Assembly (NCBI GenBank): GCA_045105095.1
Contig: JBGCDF010000302.1
Location: 1 to 57,794, forward strand
DNA length: 57,794 nt
Reading direction: 5' to 3'
DNA from: Crocinitomicaceae bacterium
Lineage (GTDB): Bacteria; Bacteroidota; Bacteroidia; Flavobacteriales_D; Crocinitomicaceae
Below, in pieces: positions 1-10,403 of this stretch (position 1 is its first letter; each line of letters opens with the position of its first letter). A model generated the notes under the pieces. The model had not been told where the DNA came from and searched no databases. It saw nothing but the letters and a program-made list of their open reading frames with translations. A program made the position numbers and the translations under genes.

Positions 1-1456
1 TCTTGAATTGTTCTGCAGATTCACTGTCTAGCAACTCTTTCTTTTTGGGTTTTTGAATCGCTTCATTAACAGGAAATAAGATCCTGTAAAACGTGTCGTA
101 ACGCGGATCGGATTTCAATGAGCCAATGATGGGATCTGCATATCGCAGCAGAAGCAAGGAAGCTTTCGTTTTAATCCCCGTGCTGATCCAGTCAAACGCC
201 AACTCCGTATTTCCCATAGCGACGTGCATCATAAAAACGAAGGAGTCTTGGGTAAAACCGTCTGGTGACTTAGCCTGCTCTTGCAGCATAGTCATGTACT
301 TCTCAGCATTTTCAGCATCCCCTTTCAACACGTATCCCAGTCCAATTACTCCTATTTTATCTCCTTCGACCATCTGAATCGTCGGATCATCATAGTAGTG
401 AATCACGTCATCGAACCTCCCCATTTTCAGCAAACACAAACATTTTACCGCATGTGCTGGGATGTTTTTTGGATTTACCGCAAGACACTCATTCAATTGT
501 ATTAATGACGGTGCATAATTCTCCGTCATATAATCAAAATACGCTTTGAAGAATAAGGTTTCCTGAGACAAGGGATCGATTCCCAAAGCGATATCCAAAT
601 GTTTCTTCGCAGCATCGTTCTTATCCGACACTACATACAAAAAGGATAAAAACTGCTGTGCTTCCACGTAATTCGGCTTCAATTGGATTGCTTGGTGTGC
701 GTATTTGAGAGATGCGTCAAAATCACATTCTGTAAAAAACGCGCTGTTTGCTTTTTGATAGTAGATTTCCGGATTTTTTGGATCGATTTCCATCGCTCTG
801 TTCACCAACTCACTGGATTTGACCCAAGCCTCCTCAAAAGACATCGCACCCGTCATTGCCATAAAACTGTACGCATCGCTCAAGCCCACAATGGACTCTA
901 CGTGGTTGGCATCCGTTTCAATGGCTTTCAGATAAAGTTCTTCGGCTAATTTGACATCATCAACATTCCACTTGTTTTTGTGAAAAGATGCCAAAAGCGA
1001 ATATTCGTAGGCGTTGATATCCTCCGTTTGCTTTTTTACCAGATGATCTTGCAACTCGAAGTGCCCGAAATTCTCGCGAATCTTATCCGCAATCAACAGA
1101 CTTATTTCATCTTGAATCTCAAAAATGTTCTCCAGTTTTCGATCCCATGTTTCAGACCAAAAATGGAAGTCATCTTCCGCCTGAATCAACTGTGCTGTAA
1201 TCCGAATCATTTCTCCAGAGAGGCGGACGCTTCCCTCAAGAATAATCGCCACATTCAGCGATTTTGAAATTTCAACGATTGGTAATTCCTTGTTCTTGAA
1301 ATGAAACGAGGATGTTCGAGAGGTCACTTTGAGTTCATTGATCTTCGCCAAAGCATTGATGATTTCCTCTGTGATACCGTCACAGAAGTGTTCATTTTCT
1401 GCATTAGAACTCATGTTCTTGAACGGCAAAACTGCTATGGACTTGCTCTTTGTCAC
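1..1456 (-). CDS. TolB-N-like plus TPR-repeat regulator. The 3' end is cut by the window edge. The missing C-terminus may be an AraC-type HTH.
   Basis: The ORF track omits it because it runs off the window. My minus-strand translation from GTG 1456 reads VTKSKSIAVLPFKNMSSNAENEHFCDGITEEIINALAKINELKVTSRTSSFHFK (SIAVLPFxNMS TolB-like N-domain signature). TPR-like helices follow (..AIQLKPNYVEAQQF..). The frame stays open to base 1 (..IQKPKKKELLDSESAEQFK). An in-frame TAA lies just upstream of 1456. Confidence 0.7.
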   Translation of the reverse strand, partial: MTKSKSIAVLPFKNMSSNAENEHFCDGITEEIINALAKINELKVTSRTSSFHFKNKELPIVEISKSLNVAIILEGSVRLSGEMIRITAQLIQAEDDFHFWSETWDRKLENIFEIQDEISLLIADKIRENFGHFELQDHLVKKQTEDINAYEYSLLASFHKNKWNVDDVKLAEELYLKAIETDANHVESIVGLSDAYSFMAMTGAMSFEEAWVKSSELVNRAMEIDPKNPEIYYQKANSAFFTECDFDASLKYAHQAIQLKPNYVEAQQFLSFLYVVSDKNDAAKKHLDIALGIDPLSQETLFFKAYFDYMTENYAPSLIQLNECLAVNPKNIPAHAVKCLCLLKMGRFDDVIHYYDDPTIQMVEGDKIGVIGLGYVLKGDAENAEKYMTMLQEQAKSPDGFTQDSFVFMMHVAMGNTELAFDWISTGIKTKASLLLLRYADPIIGSLKSDPRYDTFYRILFPVNEAIQKPKKKELLDSESAEQFK

Positions 1457-1628
1457 TGGAGTACTAAGTTAGTGTGATTAATCGAACTCCTGGGTCATTT
1501 TGAAAAAATTGAAAATTTGAAAGATTCGCATGATCCGTTTTCGATCTCAATCAGTCAGAACAAATGACTGCCTCTATTATGAAATAAAAAAAGACTATTT
1601 TTAAGTGTGGGACGCTGTACACATCACA

Positions 1629-2561
1629 ATGAGACCAACGATATTTCTTTTAATCATAATGGGGACACTTGTCATAAGTTCGTGTTCAATTTCAAAAAAC
1701 AGACTTGACCCTAGGTTGTTTATCGATCGTACTCCGCCCAATGGTATTCTGATTAAAGAAAATTTCTTCTGTGATCAAACGGAAACAACTAACTTTAATT
1801 GGTTAGAATACATGTTCTGGACCAAGCGAACCTTTGGGACGCAATCTCCAGAATATCTCGCTACGCATCTAGACACATTAGTTTGGATCGATGAGGATTC
1901 GTGTACACATAAATACGCCAATTATTATTTAAGGCATCCTGCATATCGGGATTACCCAGTTGTTGGTGTTTCCCAAGAGCAAGCAACTCAGTACTCGAAA
2001 TGGCGATCGGATCGTGTTTTTGAATACCTACTCATTCAAGCGGGTATTATCGATTATAATTTGATTCAAACTAAAGAGAACGCCTTTTCCATTGAACGTT
2101 TCTTTAACGGCGAAATTGAACGTGTTGATAAGATCAAGGAGGTTGAGTATTATCCTGAATTTTGTTTGCCGAACGTCGCAGATCGAAAAGAAATTCTTGC
2201 TTATTCCGACTCTCTCGATAAGCACTACTCTTCTTTATATCATATATATTTCGATAGAAAACAAAGTGTTAAACTGATTCATTGCGATGTTATTCCCTGT
2301 CCGAATGACTCGACATATAATGATCCTACAAGACCCGTGCAAGCATATACATCGCACAAAAACATACAACCAATCTGTGATTTACGTGGAAATGTTCGAG
2401 AATGGGCTGCAGAAGATAGTTTATACTTTGGAGGAAGTTGGGGTGATGAACGAACGAACATCATGCAAGTCGATATTGGAAAAGCATGGCAAGCAAGTAA
2501 GTTTATTGGATTCAGAAATGTTTGCAGATATAAGAAATGGGAGGAGAACAACTCGCGGTAG
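1629..2561 (+). CDS. FGE-sulfatase-fold (SUMF1/EgtB/PvdO family) lipoprotein
   Basis: ATG 1629 gives MRPTIFLLIIMGTLVISSC, a lipobox signal peptide. Family motifs: YPVVGVSQEQATQYSKWRSDR, LRGNVREWAAED, FGGSW...IGFRNVCRY. Confidence 0.72.
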   Translation: MRPTIFLLIIMGTLVISSCSISKNRLDPRLFIDRTPPNGILIKENFFCDQTETTNFNWLEYMFWTKRTFGTQSPEYLATHLDTLVWIDEDSCTHKYANYYLRHPAYRDYPVVGVSQEQATQYSKWRSDRVFEYLLIQAGIIDYNLIQTKENAFSIERFFNGEIERVDKIKEVEYYPEFCLPNVADRKEILAYSDSLDKHYSSLYHIYFDRKQSVKLIHCDVIPCPNDSTYNDPTRPVQAYTSHKNIQPICDLRGNVREWAAEDSLYFGGSWGDERTNIMQVDIGKAWQASKFIGFRNVCRYKKWEENNSR

Positions 2562-2567
2562 TTTCAC

Positions 2568-3017
2568 TTATCGAAAAAACAAGCGCCCATTCAACCAATC
2601 TTCATCGATTCGGGCACCACGCTTTTTGTAGAATTCAATTGCAGGAGTATTCCAGTCCAGAATTTGCCAATCCATACGTGCATAATTCCGTTCCTTAGCG
2701 ATTTCTACCACACGATCGAACAACATTCCTCCTGCTCCTGTTCCACGGGCCTCAGGAATCACAAATAAATCTTCGAGGTACATGCATGGACCTTTCCAAG
2801 TCGAATAAGAGGTGTAATAGATCGCAAAACCGAGGACCTTCCCATCTTGTTCTGCCAGAATCGCTTCACACAGCTTTGAATCAAATAGATCAACGGCTAA
2901 TTTTTCAGCAGTGTTCTCAACAGCCTCCAAATCATTCTCGTATTCGGCGAGACCTTTGATGAGATCGATCAAGATTACTTCATCTCCGCGTCGCGCGTTT
3001 CGAATTGTACAACTCAT
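2568..3017 (-). CDS. GNAT family N-acetyltransferase (diamine/spermidine acetyltransferase-like)
   Basis: 149 aa. GNAT motif A region: LEDLFVIPEARGTGAGGMLFDRVVEIAKERNYARMDWQILDWNTPAIEFYKKRGA. Its start overlaps the sprA stop by 1 nt (TAATG). Confidence 0.85.
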   Translation of the reverse strand: MSCTIRNARRGDEVILIDLIKGLAEYENDLEAVENTAEKLAVDLFDSKLCEAILAEQDGKVLGFAIYYTSYSTWKGPCMYLEDLFVIPEARGTGAGGMLFDRVVEIAKERNYARMDWQILDWNTPAIEFYKKRGARIDEDWLNGRLFFR

Positions 3018-6000
3018 TACTGAACTCCTGCGAGGTTGAATCTCAAACGAAGTCCTGTACTCATGTTACCCGTAGGGTAAGACGTAGCTACTTTTGGTGT
3101 GTTCACCGTTTGATCGTAGTAGAACTGAATTACCAAGTACTTCGACAAGTTGTAATCTGCAGAAGACTTAATCGAAACTACACGCTGCCCAGCAGTCGCT
3201 TGGTTACTGTTCTCATCGATGCTACGGATTACTGTCAGATTATCTCTGAACGTAATGTCTACACGAACGTTCACTGGACTTGCTGGAATCTTCTCGAATA
3301 GCAATTTCACTTTTGAGAATTTATATCCTGTTCCGATTACCCACTCACTACCAAGAATTTCAGTTACCTGATTGTTGTTCAATGAAAGCGAAGCACTTCG
3401 ATCTTTCTTGAACTCGAACTTAGTGATCAGCCCTTGATCCTTAATGTTCCACGTTGCGTCGAATCCAATCAATGGAGAGAAGCGCTCAGTGATCGTCACA
3501 TTTTGAATTTGGTCTTGCGCAATGAAGTTATTATTCAAATCTCTGGCAGTTGCACCACCATTCGCATCAAACTCAGCCAATAAGTTCGTTTGGATTCCCG
3601 TAACACTTACTGAAGATGAATATCCATGACGCATTACGAAATTCTTCAAGGCTTTCTTCATGAACTTGAAGTTCTTCAATCCGTTGTAGTTGATCGACCA
3701 GTTCGGCAATGGTAAATTACGCACTGGGTTCACGTTCTTTTCGCTCACTCCACGATTCGTGTATGACGTTAAGAATGCTCCAAGTACAACTTCCTGCTGT
3801 GTAGCACTGTATCCATCATAGTAACCTGATGTCAACAATGAAGAGTTTCCATTTTCCGATCCAAGAAGCTCAGAAACAGCTGTTCTGTTCGCAAGTAAGT
3901 TATCGAATACCGATGATTGGTAACGATCTCCAAGCATTGCAAAAGCAGATGATATTGATACATTCGAGTAAGTCAATGTTGCCATTTCCACTTTACTCTG
4001 GCTGTCAAAACCTTCTGTAAATACACCTGGAGATGTTTCAACGAGTTCAGGGTTCCATCGATAGAATTCACTTGAATTTCTACTGTATACTCTGTTCGCT
4101 GTCAACTCAATCGACATATCCTTAATTGGTTCAAGTGTTGCACGCAAGTTGATGTTTTCATTGTGCGTGAACGTGTATTGCTGGTTCAAGTTCGGGTTTC
4201 TTACTAGGAAGGTTTGCCCAGTATCTGAGCCTAATTGTTCTGCAATGTTATATCCTGTTTCTTGTCCGAACACATTGAATCGTTGTTGCCCAAAGGCAAA
4301 CCCACCAATTCCAGCATTGTTTCCTGGATCAAATCCTAGGACTCCAGATCGTTGGTTGTATCCTGGTAAGAACGTTCCGTCTGTAATCGAGTATGTTCCG
4401 TTTACATTTCGAACTGTCATTAAGATACGAGCAAAGAATCCAGCTACTGGGTGCACTTTACCACCTCGCGCTTTTTCACGCTCTTCACGCTTCTCTTTAC
4501 GATCTTTCTTACGACGTTTACGTTCTTTTTGTCGTTCCGTTAAGTTTGGATCTTCCTCTTCTTCAACCTCAGGTTTTTCCTTAGCAGTTCCTCCGCGTTT
4601 GTCTCCATCTTTGTCGCGAGCTGATGCACGTCCACGTGGGTTACGACCACCGTTATTTACCTTCTTGAAGAATTTCACTTTGTTATATAGCGAAGTGAAG
4701 TTCAACTGAGCCGTCATATTGATATCGCGACTGTTCTGGATTGTGTTTCCGAACTGAGGTTGAGCCAATGGTCCACGCTGCCAGTTGTATGATCCTTTCC
4801 ACGTCATGTTCGCACTGACCCAATCTAACGCAGGAATCTGGTTGAATGGTAATGTGTACTTGAATGAATAGTTGTGCGAGTAATCCATTGCACGACCAAA
4901 TGTCCCCAATTGTGAATTCAGAGTATCTCGGAACGAGTTTGGTTCTACCCCTCCATCTCCTTCTTCAAACATTGAACGATTGTTCGCAGAGAATTTGAAT
5001 TTCAACTTCTTCGTAATGTCGTAATCCATCGCGTAATTTCTATTCCAGTTGAACTGTTTCAAGTAAACTGGATTTAGGTCATACAAGTAAACTGAATCCG
5101 GTGGAGTATTCGGTGGGATAAAGTTATTTCGTACCTGACGTTCATTGTAATTACGCATTACATCCGTACCGAAAGAAATGTTCTTCGGTGTTAGGAAGAA
5201 ATTCATATCACGAATCAATGCCCACCATTTCTTACGCTGCATGAATTTCACCTTTTTGAAAGGCATAATCGGTTTTGTTTTGAACGAATAGTTGTAGTTC
5301 AAACTCGATGTCCATGTTTGCGTTTGGTCGTTCTGTATGTTGAAATCTCTCCTTCTATCCTGAGAATAAGCATAACTGAAATTCCAATTCGAGATTCTCC
5401 AGAAATGGTTGTCGGCCCCAGCCTTTAATTCCTTCCGCACATTGGTGAAGTTATATGCCCTGCGTTCGGTATAGTCTTGTCCCAGCTTCGCATTTCTTCT
5501 TCTCAGTTCGGCATCATCGTAATCTGCTAAACGGATATCTGGGTTAAATGGATCGAATTCTGGATTGATCACCCCTACCGAATAACTGTAGAAGAACGGT
5601 AACTGAACGCGTGCTTTCTTTCCAAAGAACTGACCTAACTGAACGCTTGCATTCATGTCGAAGTTGAGCTTCTGGTTACGCTGTCTTTCCTGAACACGGC
5701 TATCTACCGCTCCCCAGTTAATTCCTGAGTAGCTTCCAGACATGTTCAAGTTGGCGAAATCCGCCAATTGTACTTGCATTTGTGCTGTTGCCGCTGATCC
5801 TCCTTCGCTCACGAAATCTGTCAATCGAAGCTCGTTAATCCATGCGTTTACACATTTGGCAAGTCCATCGTCACTCCACGGATTGTTATCATTGGCGTGA
5901 GGGTTTCGAATACCGATCATGATCGTCTTCATACCTTGAAGGTTTGGACTACCCTTAACTTTCAATTGTCGTTGAGGGTTCGCAGGATCAACGATTGTAT

Positions 6001-9000
6001 ATTCAACATTATAGGAAACTGTTGCACTTCCAGAGCCGATTAACTCGTTTCGCTCTTTCTTCATGTCCAGGAAGTCCTGAAACACAATCTCAATATTGTT
6101 ATCCTCCGGCCAGATATCTTCTGGAAGCTGAGCTCCGAAATCTGTCAACTTCAGTGGTAATTCATACTCGTAGTAGTTGTCTACGAAATCAGTCCCTAAA
6201 CGAACGAAGAGAGTTACATCATCATCATTCAATGCTGCTTGTCCCACAACTCTTTCAGCGTGAGCGAACATTTTCAATTTCTTGTATGTACGAACGTCGA
6301 ACTGAACATTTCTATATGCTGCACGTGCGTCTCCATCCTTTAAGTTACACACTTCCAATGTCAATGACTGCTCGTTCAACTGACGTTGGAAAGTTTGTGA
6401 TGGATCTATCTCACGTGTAATTCCTGGTGGAATCTCGTACTTAATTGGCTCACGTTGATCATTCTCCTCAACGTTTACCGCTCCAATATTGAACGTTGTC
6501 AAATTCGGATCAGGAGTTACACCTTCACCAGGTTGAACCAATGACTCCAAATACTGTCTCCACTCTCCACGGATAAACTCTAATCGTGCAAAACGAACAA
6601 CAACTTCTTCGTTGAAATCCTTCAGGAAAATACGCATGAAACGGATGGTTCTAAAATCCTGAATTCCGTTTACACGTTTTTCGAAATCACGAATAGGAAC
6701 TCGGAATTGAATCCAACGCTCTGTTTTGGTACCATTCGCTACCGTCTGGATATTCGTAATGTAATTTTGACCTTCTTGTAAATCGTTTGGTCTCAAACTC
6801 ACTTTGTACTGGAAGTAACTCTCAGTCTCATCCAAGGTGTTATTATTGTTGAACTCCTCCATGTCTGGTTGGTTCGTAGCTTGAGTTGGGTAACCGTCAG
6901 CATTGAGGTCATTTGACATTTCAATTGTCGCAGAGTTTCCTTCAACTCCTCTGAAGCGCTTATATCTTTCGAGGATATCTGCTTGTTCAGAATCGTAAAT
7001 ATCTGATCGATAATAACGGTAATCATCACTTGAAGGATCGGCAATCATTCTATCCTTTGCTGTCTGCGAAAGAATTCCATTATTCTGTACCCATGTTACA
7101 TAGTTGTCATAGAATTCGCGCTCTCCATCGTTGTCCCATCCATCATATCCCACATCCTGATTCACACGAGCAATTGGATCGTTATCAAAGGCATTAACCG
7201 TTTGTTGCAAAGTGGAAATTCTTGCCCAACTCGTCTCATCTAAGTTGTCCAATGGGGAGTCAGCGAGTGGCGGTAAACCATTCTCAAAACTACGGCGAGA
7301 GTCAGGTAAAACATCCTCAGAAATATTTCCAAGGTTGAAGTACATATCTCCTCCTGAGTGATTTGAATTTGGATCAACTGCTTCGGCATCGGCATTAAAC
7401 GGATCAAGCATCCAGAATTGAATAAACTCGATGTTTGTCAACTCAAAATCATTTGTCGTCAAAGCGCGCATAATTCCTCCCCAACGATTCTCAGGGTCAG
7501 TAAACAATCCATCAGCATCAACCGTATTGGTTGTGTCGTAGTTGTACATTCCACGCTCTTTCGGATAGTAAGCTAAATCTAAAATTGGAATATTTCCGAT
7601 TTGACCCAAAGCCAAGTTTTGGTTCGGCCAAATTTCCGTTTGACTTACTAAACGAACACGACTATCGCTCACTAGCGAAGGGTTGTCCTTGATGTGCTGT
7701 GGAGTAATGTTCGAACCTTGTGCAAACAATGGATCGACTACATACCACGCTGATCTTCCTCGTTTGAAACCTGCCGAAAGATCTAAGTTTCCAGCCTCAG
7801 GGAATAAATCTGGCTGTCCTTTTGGAACTGACGCAAGATGCCATGCTGTTGCAGAACGCAGGTCAATTGCACTTTGCGCTCCCTCGAAATCATCGATGTA
7901 GGAAATACCATCCGAAGTAATCGCTCGTGGCGAGCCAGGAATTAAGTGTGCAAATTCTCCTGTGAATGAGAAGGTCGAACGTTCTTTCGTCGAGATAACT
8001 GGAAGAAGATCAACAAGTTTCGTCAGTAAGGGAACATCCGTTCGGTATTGAAGGTCAAATCCGATGATGTTGTTTTTGTACGGTTCACTTCCAATATCAA
8101 CTTTCTGTGTTACCGGACGTTCCATCATACGCATCCAGGTGGCTCCGACATTAAATTTATCACTAAATCGATGGGCGACTCGGGAGCCGAGCAAGGATTT
8201 GGCTTGGAAACCGAACACGGAATTACTTTCAATGGAAATCTTGATCGGTGTATTTGAATTCAAATAAGACTCATTCAAGATTTTCACTCGTCCGAGATTG
8301 TAATCCACTGTATAGTCTTGTCCTTCCGTCAATAAAATTCCTCCCGCAGTAACGGACACCGCTCCTTCAGGAACGTTCAAGGCATTCAATGGAATGTCTG
8401 AGGTAATCGAAGATTGATATTCTCCTTTAAAACTGAATCGATTCTTCGCTGGAATTTGCTGTGCAGCTGTTTTGGTTGAATCATATAGTTCAGTGTAAGC
8501 CACTTGATCGATGGTTACCTGAGGAAGTCCATCTGCCTGTAGTTTATCTGCCAAAGTCTTTCCGAAAGGTTCAACCGTCGTGAAATAAATACGTCCATTT
8601 CTTCTGTTGATCGTACCTGCTGATTCTGCTCTATTTCCGTTAAAGTTGATTGGAACGAAATCAAATACCCCATCCGAGAACAGTTGGTTATTCTGATTCA
8701 AATTATCCATTTCCAGAACCGTTACAATTTGGTCGGCGTCCAAACTCGATTGAGTCTGGCCTCCAGTCAGATCGGATATCGGAAGGAAAGGAACATTGAC
8801 AGAGGTAACTGGGTTGTTGTAAAGAATGTCTAAACGGAAACCTTGTTGATCCACTTGGTAAGCACCAATTGAATACACGTTTTTCATCATCAATGGCCAA
8901 ACCGCATTTCTTGGGTTGGTGATTGTTGGCTTCAACAGCTTCACCATCAAGGCATCCTGTCCGGCAATTCCGTCTGTTGAGAATTCACCCACCTGATATG

Positions 9001-10369
9001 TTTCTCCCTGATTTGTGTACTCATATGATACAGCCAATACTTCGTCATTGTTCAACGGCATATTCAAGGAGATAAATCCTAGCTGGGCATTGTAACTGAA
9101 TTCACTTTCGTTCAACTTACGTGCGTTCTCCACTTTCTCAAAGTGAACAGCCTGTTGGAAAGGTCCCGGTTGTGTAAATTGACTCGCTAAAGCCTGCACA
9201 GAATTATTGAATCCTCTTACAAGTGGCTGATTAATTGCCCAATTGTATAATCCATTCGCATCGTTACTTGGTAGCTCAGATGTCGAATAGTTCCCAGGAT
9301 CACCCTCACAATTATCTTGTTTTGCTTCCCCTAAATCGGCGAATGCAATAATATTACGTGTATTTTCTGTTTCGTTTGTACGGTTCATCACCCACACTTC
9401 GATTCTCGTAAGGTTAATCGTTGTGTTAGGAATTGGCAATGACGACATTCCATTGTCATAATTGTCGTGGTGATACATGTTCAGGAAGTAGTGTCGGTTT
9501 ACTTCGTAATTATCCGCCGTTAACTCAAACTGCTGCGTTTGCGATCCTCCTTCAATGTTGATTTCTTTTCTCTGACCTCTTGAAGATGCACCGATCATAT
9601 CGACCGTCGTGTTCCCAAACTTCAATTGACTGTATGCACCAAACAATACCTGCGATCCTTGGATCAACGATGTTGGCGGCTGGAACTGAACATTTCCAAG
9701 TTGGATTTTCTGAATGATTTGATCTTCATCTCCTGTATATTCCAGAGTCGAAATATTATCGAAATCAAACGCCGCTTGCGTATTATAGCTTGTTCCAAGT
9801 TTCACACGCGTTCCAATCTGCCCTACGAGGTTTAAATTGATTTGCTGCTGGAAATCAAAGCGAGTAATTCTTCGCTGACGTTCTGGCAAGATTGGATTTT
9901 CGTAACGAGATGAGTTCACCCCTAAAGAAATCTCAACACTTCCCGTTGTTCTGATGGTAATTTGATCTGATCCGAAGAAATTCTCAAATACTTTATTTCC
10001 GACTTTAATTGGGAATTCGAACGGTTGGTTTTCGGCGGTTTGTTCGTCGATTTTCTCTTTCCAGTTATCTTGTAATGATTTTTGACGTTCGTACTCGATG
10101 TATTCTTCGAGCGTCATCATGGATGGATTTCTGTAGTTTATTCCAGAAGCTCCGATTACTTCTGTGAATATATATTTTCCTGTTACTGGATCGTAAACAA
10201 TGGTGCGGTCCAATGAGTTCGGGTCACCCAAATCGAAACTTTGCTCGTTCGTTTGAGTCGGATCGTATGTGGGATTGAGTGGCCAAATCAGATTCGTGTC
10301 GGGATCATTTTGTGCCCAAGACGGTCCAATGACCAAGCAAAACAACAGTAGTAGTCCAACGTACTTCAT
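3017..10369 (-). CDS. sprA: T9SS translocon / cell-surface gliding protein SprA
   Basis: About 2450-aa ORF whose size and sequence character match Bacteroidota SprA. The N-terminal signal peptide is MKYVGLLLLFCLVIGPSWAQ from ATG 10369; the track's TTG at 10390 is an alternative start. The sequence is beta-rich and N/Y/F-rich throughout, and ends in a beta-barrel-like terminus (..LRLRFNLAGVQ). Confidence 0.88.
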   Translation of the reverse strand: MKYVGLLLLFCLVIGPSWAQNDPDTNLIWPLNPTYDPTQTNEQSFDLGDPNSLDRTIVYDPVTGKYIFTEVIGASGINYRNPSMMTLEEYIEYERQKSLQDNWKEKIDEQTAENQPFEFPIKVGNKVFENFFGSDQITIRTTGSVEISLGVNSSRYENPILPERQRRITRFDFQQQINLNLVGQIGTRVKLGTSYNTQAAFDFDNISTLEYTGDEDQIIQKIQLGNVQFQPPTSLIQGSQVLFGAYSQLKFGNTTVDMIGASSRGQRKEINIEGGSQTQQFELTADNYEVNRHYFLNMYHHDNYDNGMSSLPIPNTTINLTRIEVWVMNRTNETENTRNIIAFADLGEAKQDNCEGDPGNYSTSELPSNDANGLYNWAINQPLVRGFNNSVQALASQFTQPGPFQQAVHFEKVENARKLNESEFSYNAQLGFISLNMPLNNDEVLAVSYEYTNQGETYQVGEFSTDGIAGQDALMVKLLKPTITNPRNAVWPLMMKNVYSIGAYQVDQQGFRLDILYNNPVTSVNVPFLPISDLTGGQTQSSLDADQIVTVLEMDNLNQNNQLFSDGVFDFVPINFNGNRAESAGTINRRNGRIYFTTVEPFGKTLADKLQADGLPQVTIDQVAYTELYDSTKTAAQQIPAKNRFSFKGEYQSSITSDIPLNALNVPEGAVSVTAGGILLTEGQDYTVDYNLGRVKILNESYLNSNTPIKISIESNSVFGFQAKSLLGSRVAHRFSDKFNVGATWMRMMERPVTQKVDIGSEPYKNNIIGFDLQYRTDVPLLTKLVDLLPVISTKERSTFSFTGEFAHLIPGSPRAITSDGISYIDDFEGAQSAIDLRSATAWHLASVPKGQPDLFPEAGNLDLSAGFKRGRSAWYVVDPLFAQGSNITPQHIKDNPSLVSDSRVRLVSQTEIWPNQNLALGQIGNIPILDLAYYPKERGMYNYDTTNTVDADGLFTDPENRWGGIMRALTTNDFELTNIEFIQFWMLDPFNADAEAVDPNSNHSGGDMYFNLGNISEDVLPDSRRSFENGLPPLADSPLDNLDETSWARISTLQQTVNAFDNDPIARVNQDVGYDGWDNDGEREFYDNYVTWVQNNGILSQTAKDRMIADPSSDDYRYYRSDIYDSEQADILERYKRFRGVEGNSATIEMSNDLNADGYPTQATNQPDMEEFNNNNTLDETESYFQYKVSLRPNDLQEGQNYITNIQTVANGTKTERWIQFRVPIRDFEKRVNGIQDFRTIRFMRIFLKDFNEEVVVRFARLEFIRGEWRQYLESLVQPGEGVTPDPNLTTFNIGAVNVEENDQREPIKYEIPPGITREIDPSQTFQRQLNEQSLTLEVCNLKDGDARAAYRNVQFDVRTYKKLKMFAHAERVVGQAALNDDDVTLFVRLGTDFVDNYYEYELPLKLTDFGAQLPEDIWPEDNNIEIVFQDFLDMKKERNELIGSGSATVSYNVEYTIVDPANPQRQLKVKGSPNLQGMKTIMIGIRNPHANDNNPWSDDGLAKCVNAWINELRLTDFVSEGGSAATAQMQVQLADFANLNMSGSYSGINWGAVDSRVQERQRNQKLNFDMNASVQLGQFFGKKARVQLPFFYSYSVGVINPEFDPFNPDIRLADYDDAELRRRNAKLGQDYTERRAYNFTNVRKELKAGADNHFWRISNWNFSYAYSQDRRRDFNIQNDQTQTWTSSLNYNYSFKTKPIMPFKKVKFMQRKKWWALIRDMNFFLTPKNISFGTDVMRNYNERQVRNNFIPPNTPPDSVYLYDLNPVYLKQFNWNRNYAMDYDITKKLKFKFSANNRSMFEEGDGGVEPNSFRDTLNSQLGTFGRAMDYSHNYSFKYTLPFNQIPALDWVSANMTWKGSYNWQRGPLAQPQFGNTIQNSRDINMTAQLNFTSLYNKVKFFKKVNNGGRNPRGRASARDKDGDKRGGTAKEKPEVEEEEDPNLTERQKERKRRKKDRKEKREEREKARGGKVHPVAGFFARILMTVRNVNGTYSITDGTFLPGYNQRSGVLGFDPGNNAGIGGFAFGQQRFNVFGQETGYNIAEQLGSDTGQTFLVRNPNLNQQYTFTHNENINLRATLEPIKDMSIELTANRVYSRNSSEFYRWNPELVETSPGVFTEGFDSQSKVEMATLTYSNVSISSAFAMLGDRYQSSVFDNLLANRTAVSELLGSENGNSSLLTSGYYDGYSATQQEVVLGAFLTSYTNRGVSEKNVNPVRNLPLPNWSINYNGLKNFKFMKKALKNFVMRHGYSSSVSVTGIQTNLLAEFDANGGATARDLNNNFIAQDQIQNVTITERFSPLIGFDATWNIKDQGLITKFEFKKDRSASLSLNNNQVTEILGSEWVIGTGYKFSKVKLLFEKIPASPVNVRVDITFRDNLTVIRSIDENSNQATAGQRVVSIKSSADYNLSKYLVIQFYYDQTVNTPKVATSYPTGNMSTGLRLRFNLAGVQ

Positions 10370-10403
10370 AGTTAGTAATCTCGTATTCAAATTTTTATAT
10401 TGA

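Noticed and set aside
126-1267. Four plus-strand ORFs of 74-95 aa in the track (126-377, 281-505, 683-949, 980-1267)
   Set aside because: They are low-complexity shadow ORFs antisense to a continuous, motif-bearing minus-strand reading frame (the TolB-like/TPR protein) that runs off the window edge.
2559-2570. Convergent stop codons only 6 nt apart (FGE-like vs GNAT), and 1 nt apart at 16157-16163 (Sir2 vs HemD-like), as possible regulatory overlap
   Set aside because: Tight convergent packing without room for terminators is common in compact Bacteroidota genomes. Nothing in the sequence itself indicates a specific antisense mechanism.
4149-4709. 186-aa plus-strand ORF rich in S/R/P/F
   Set aside because: It is antisense to the K/R/E-rich segment of sprA. 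Its composition is the mirror image of that low-complexity region, and it has no independent signals.
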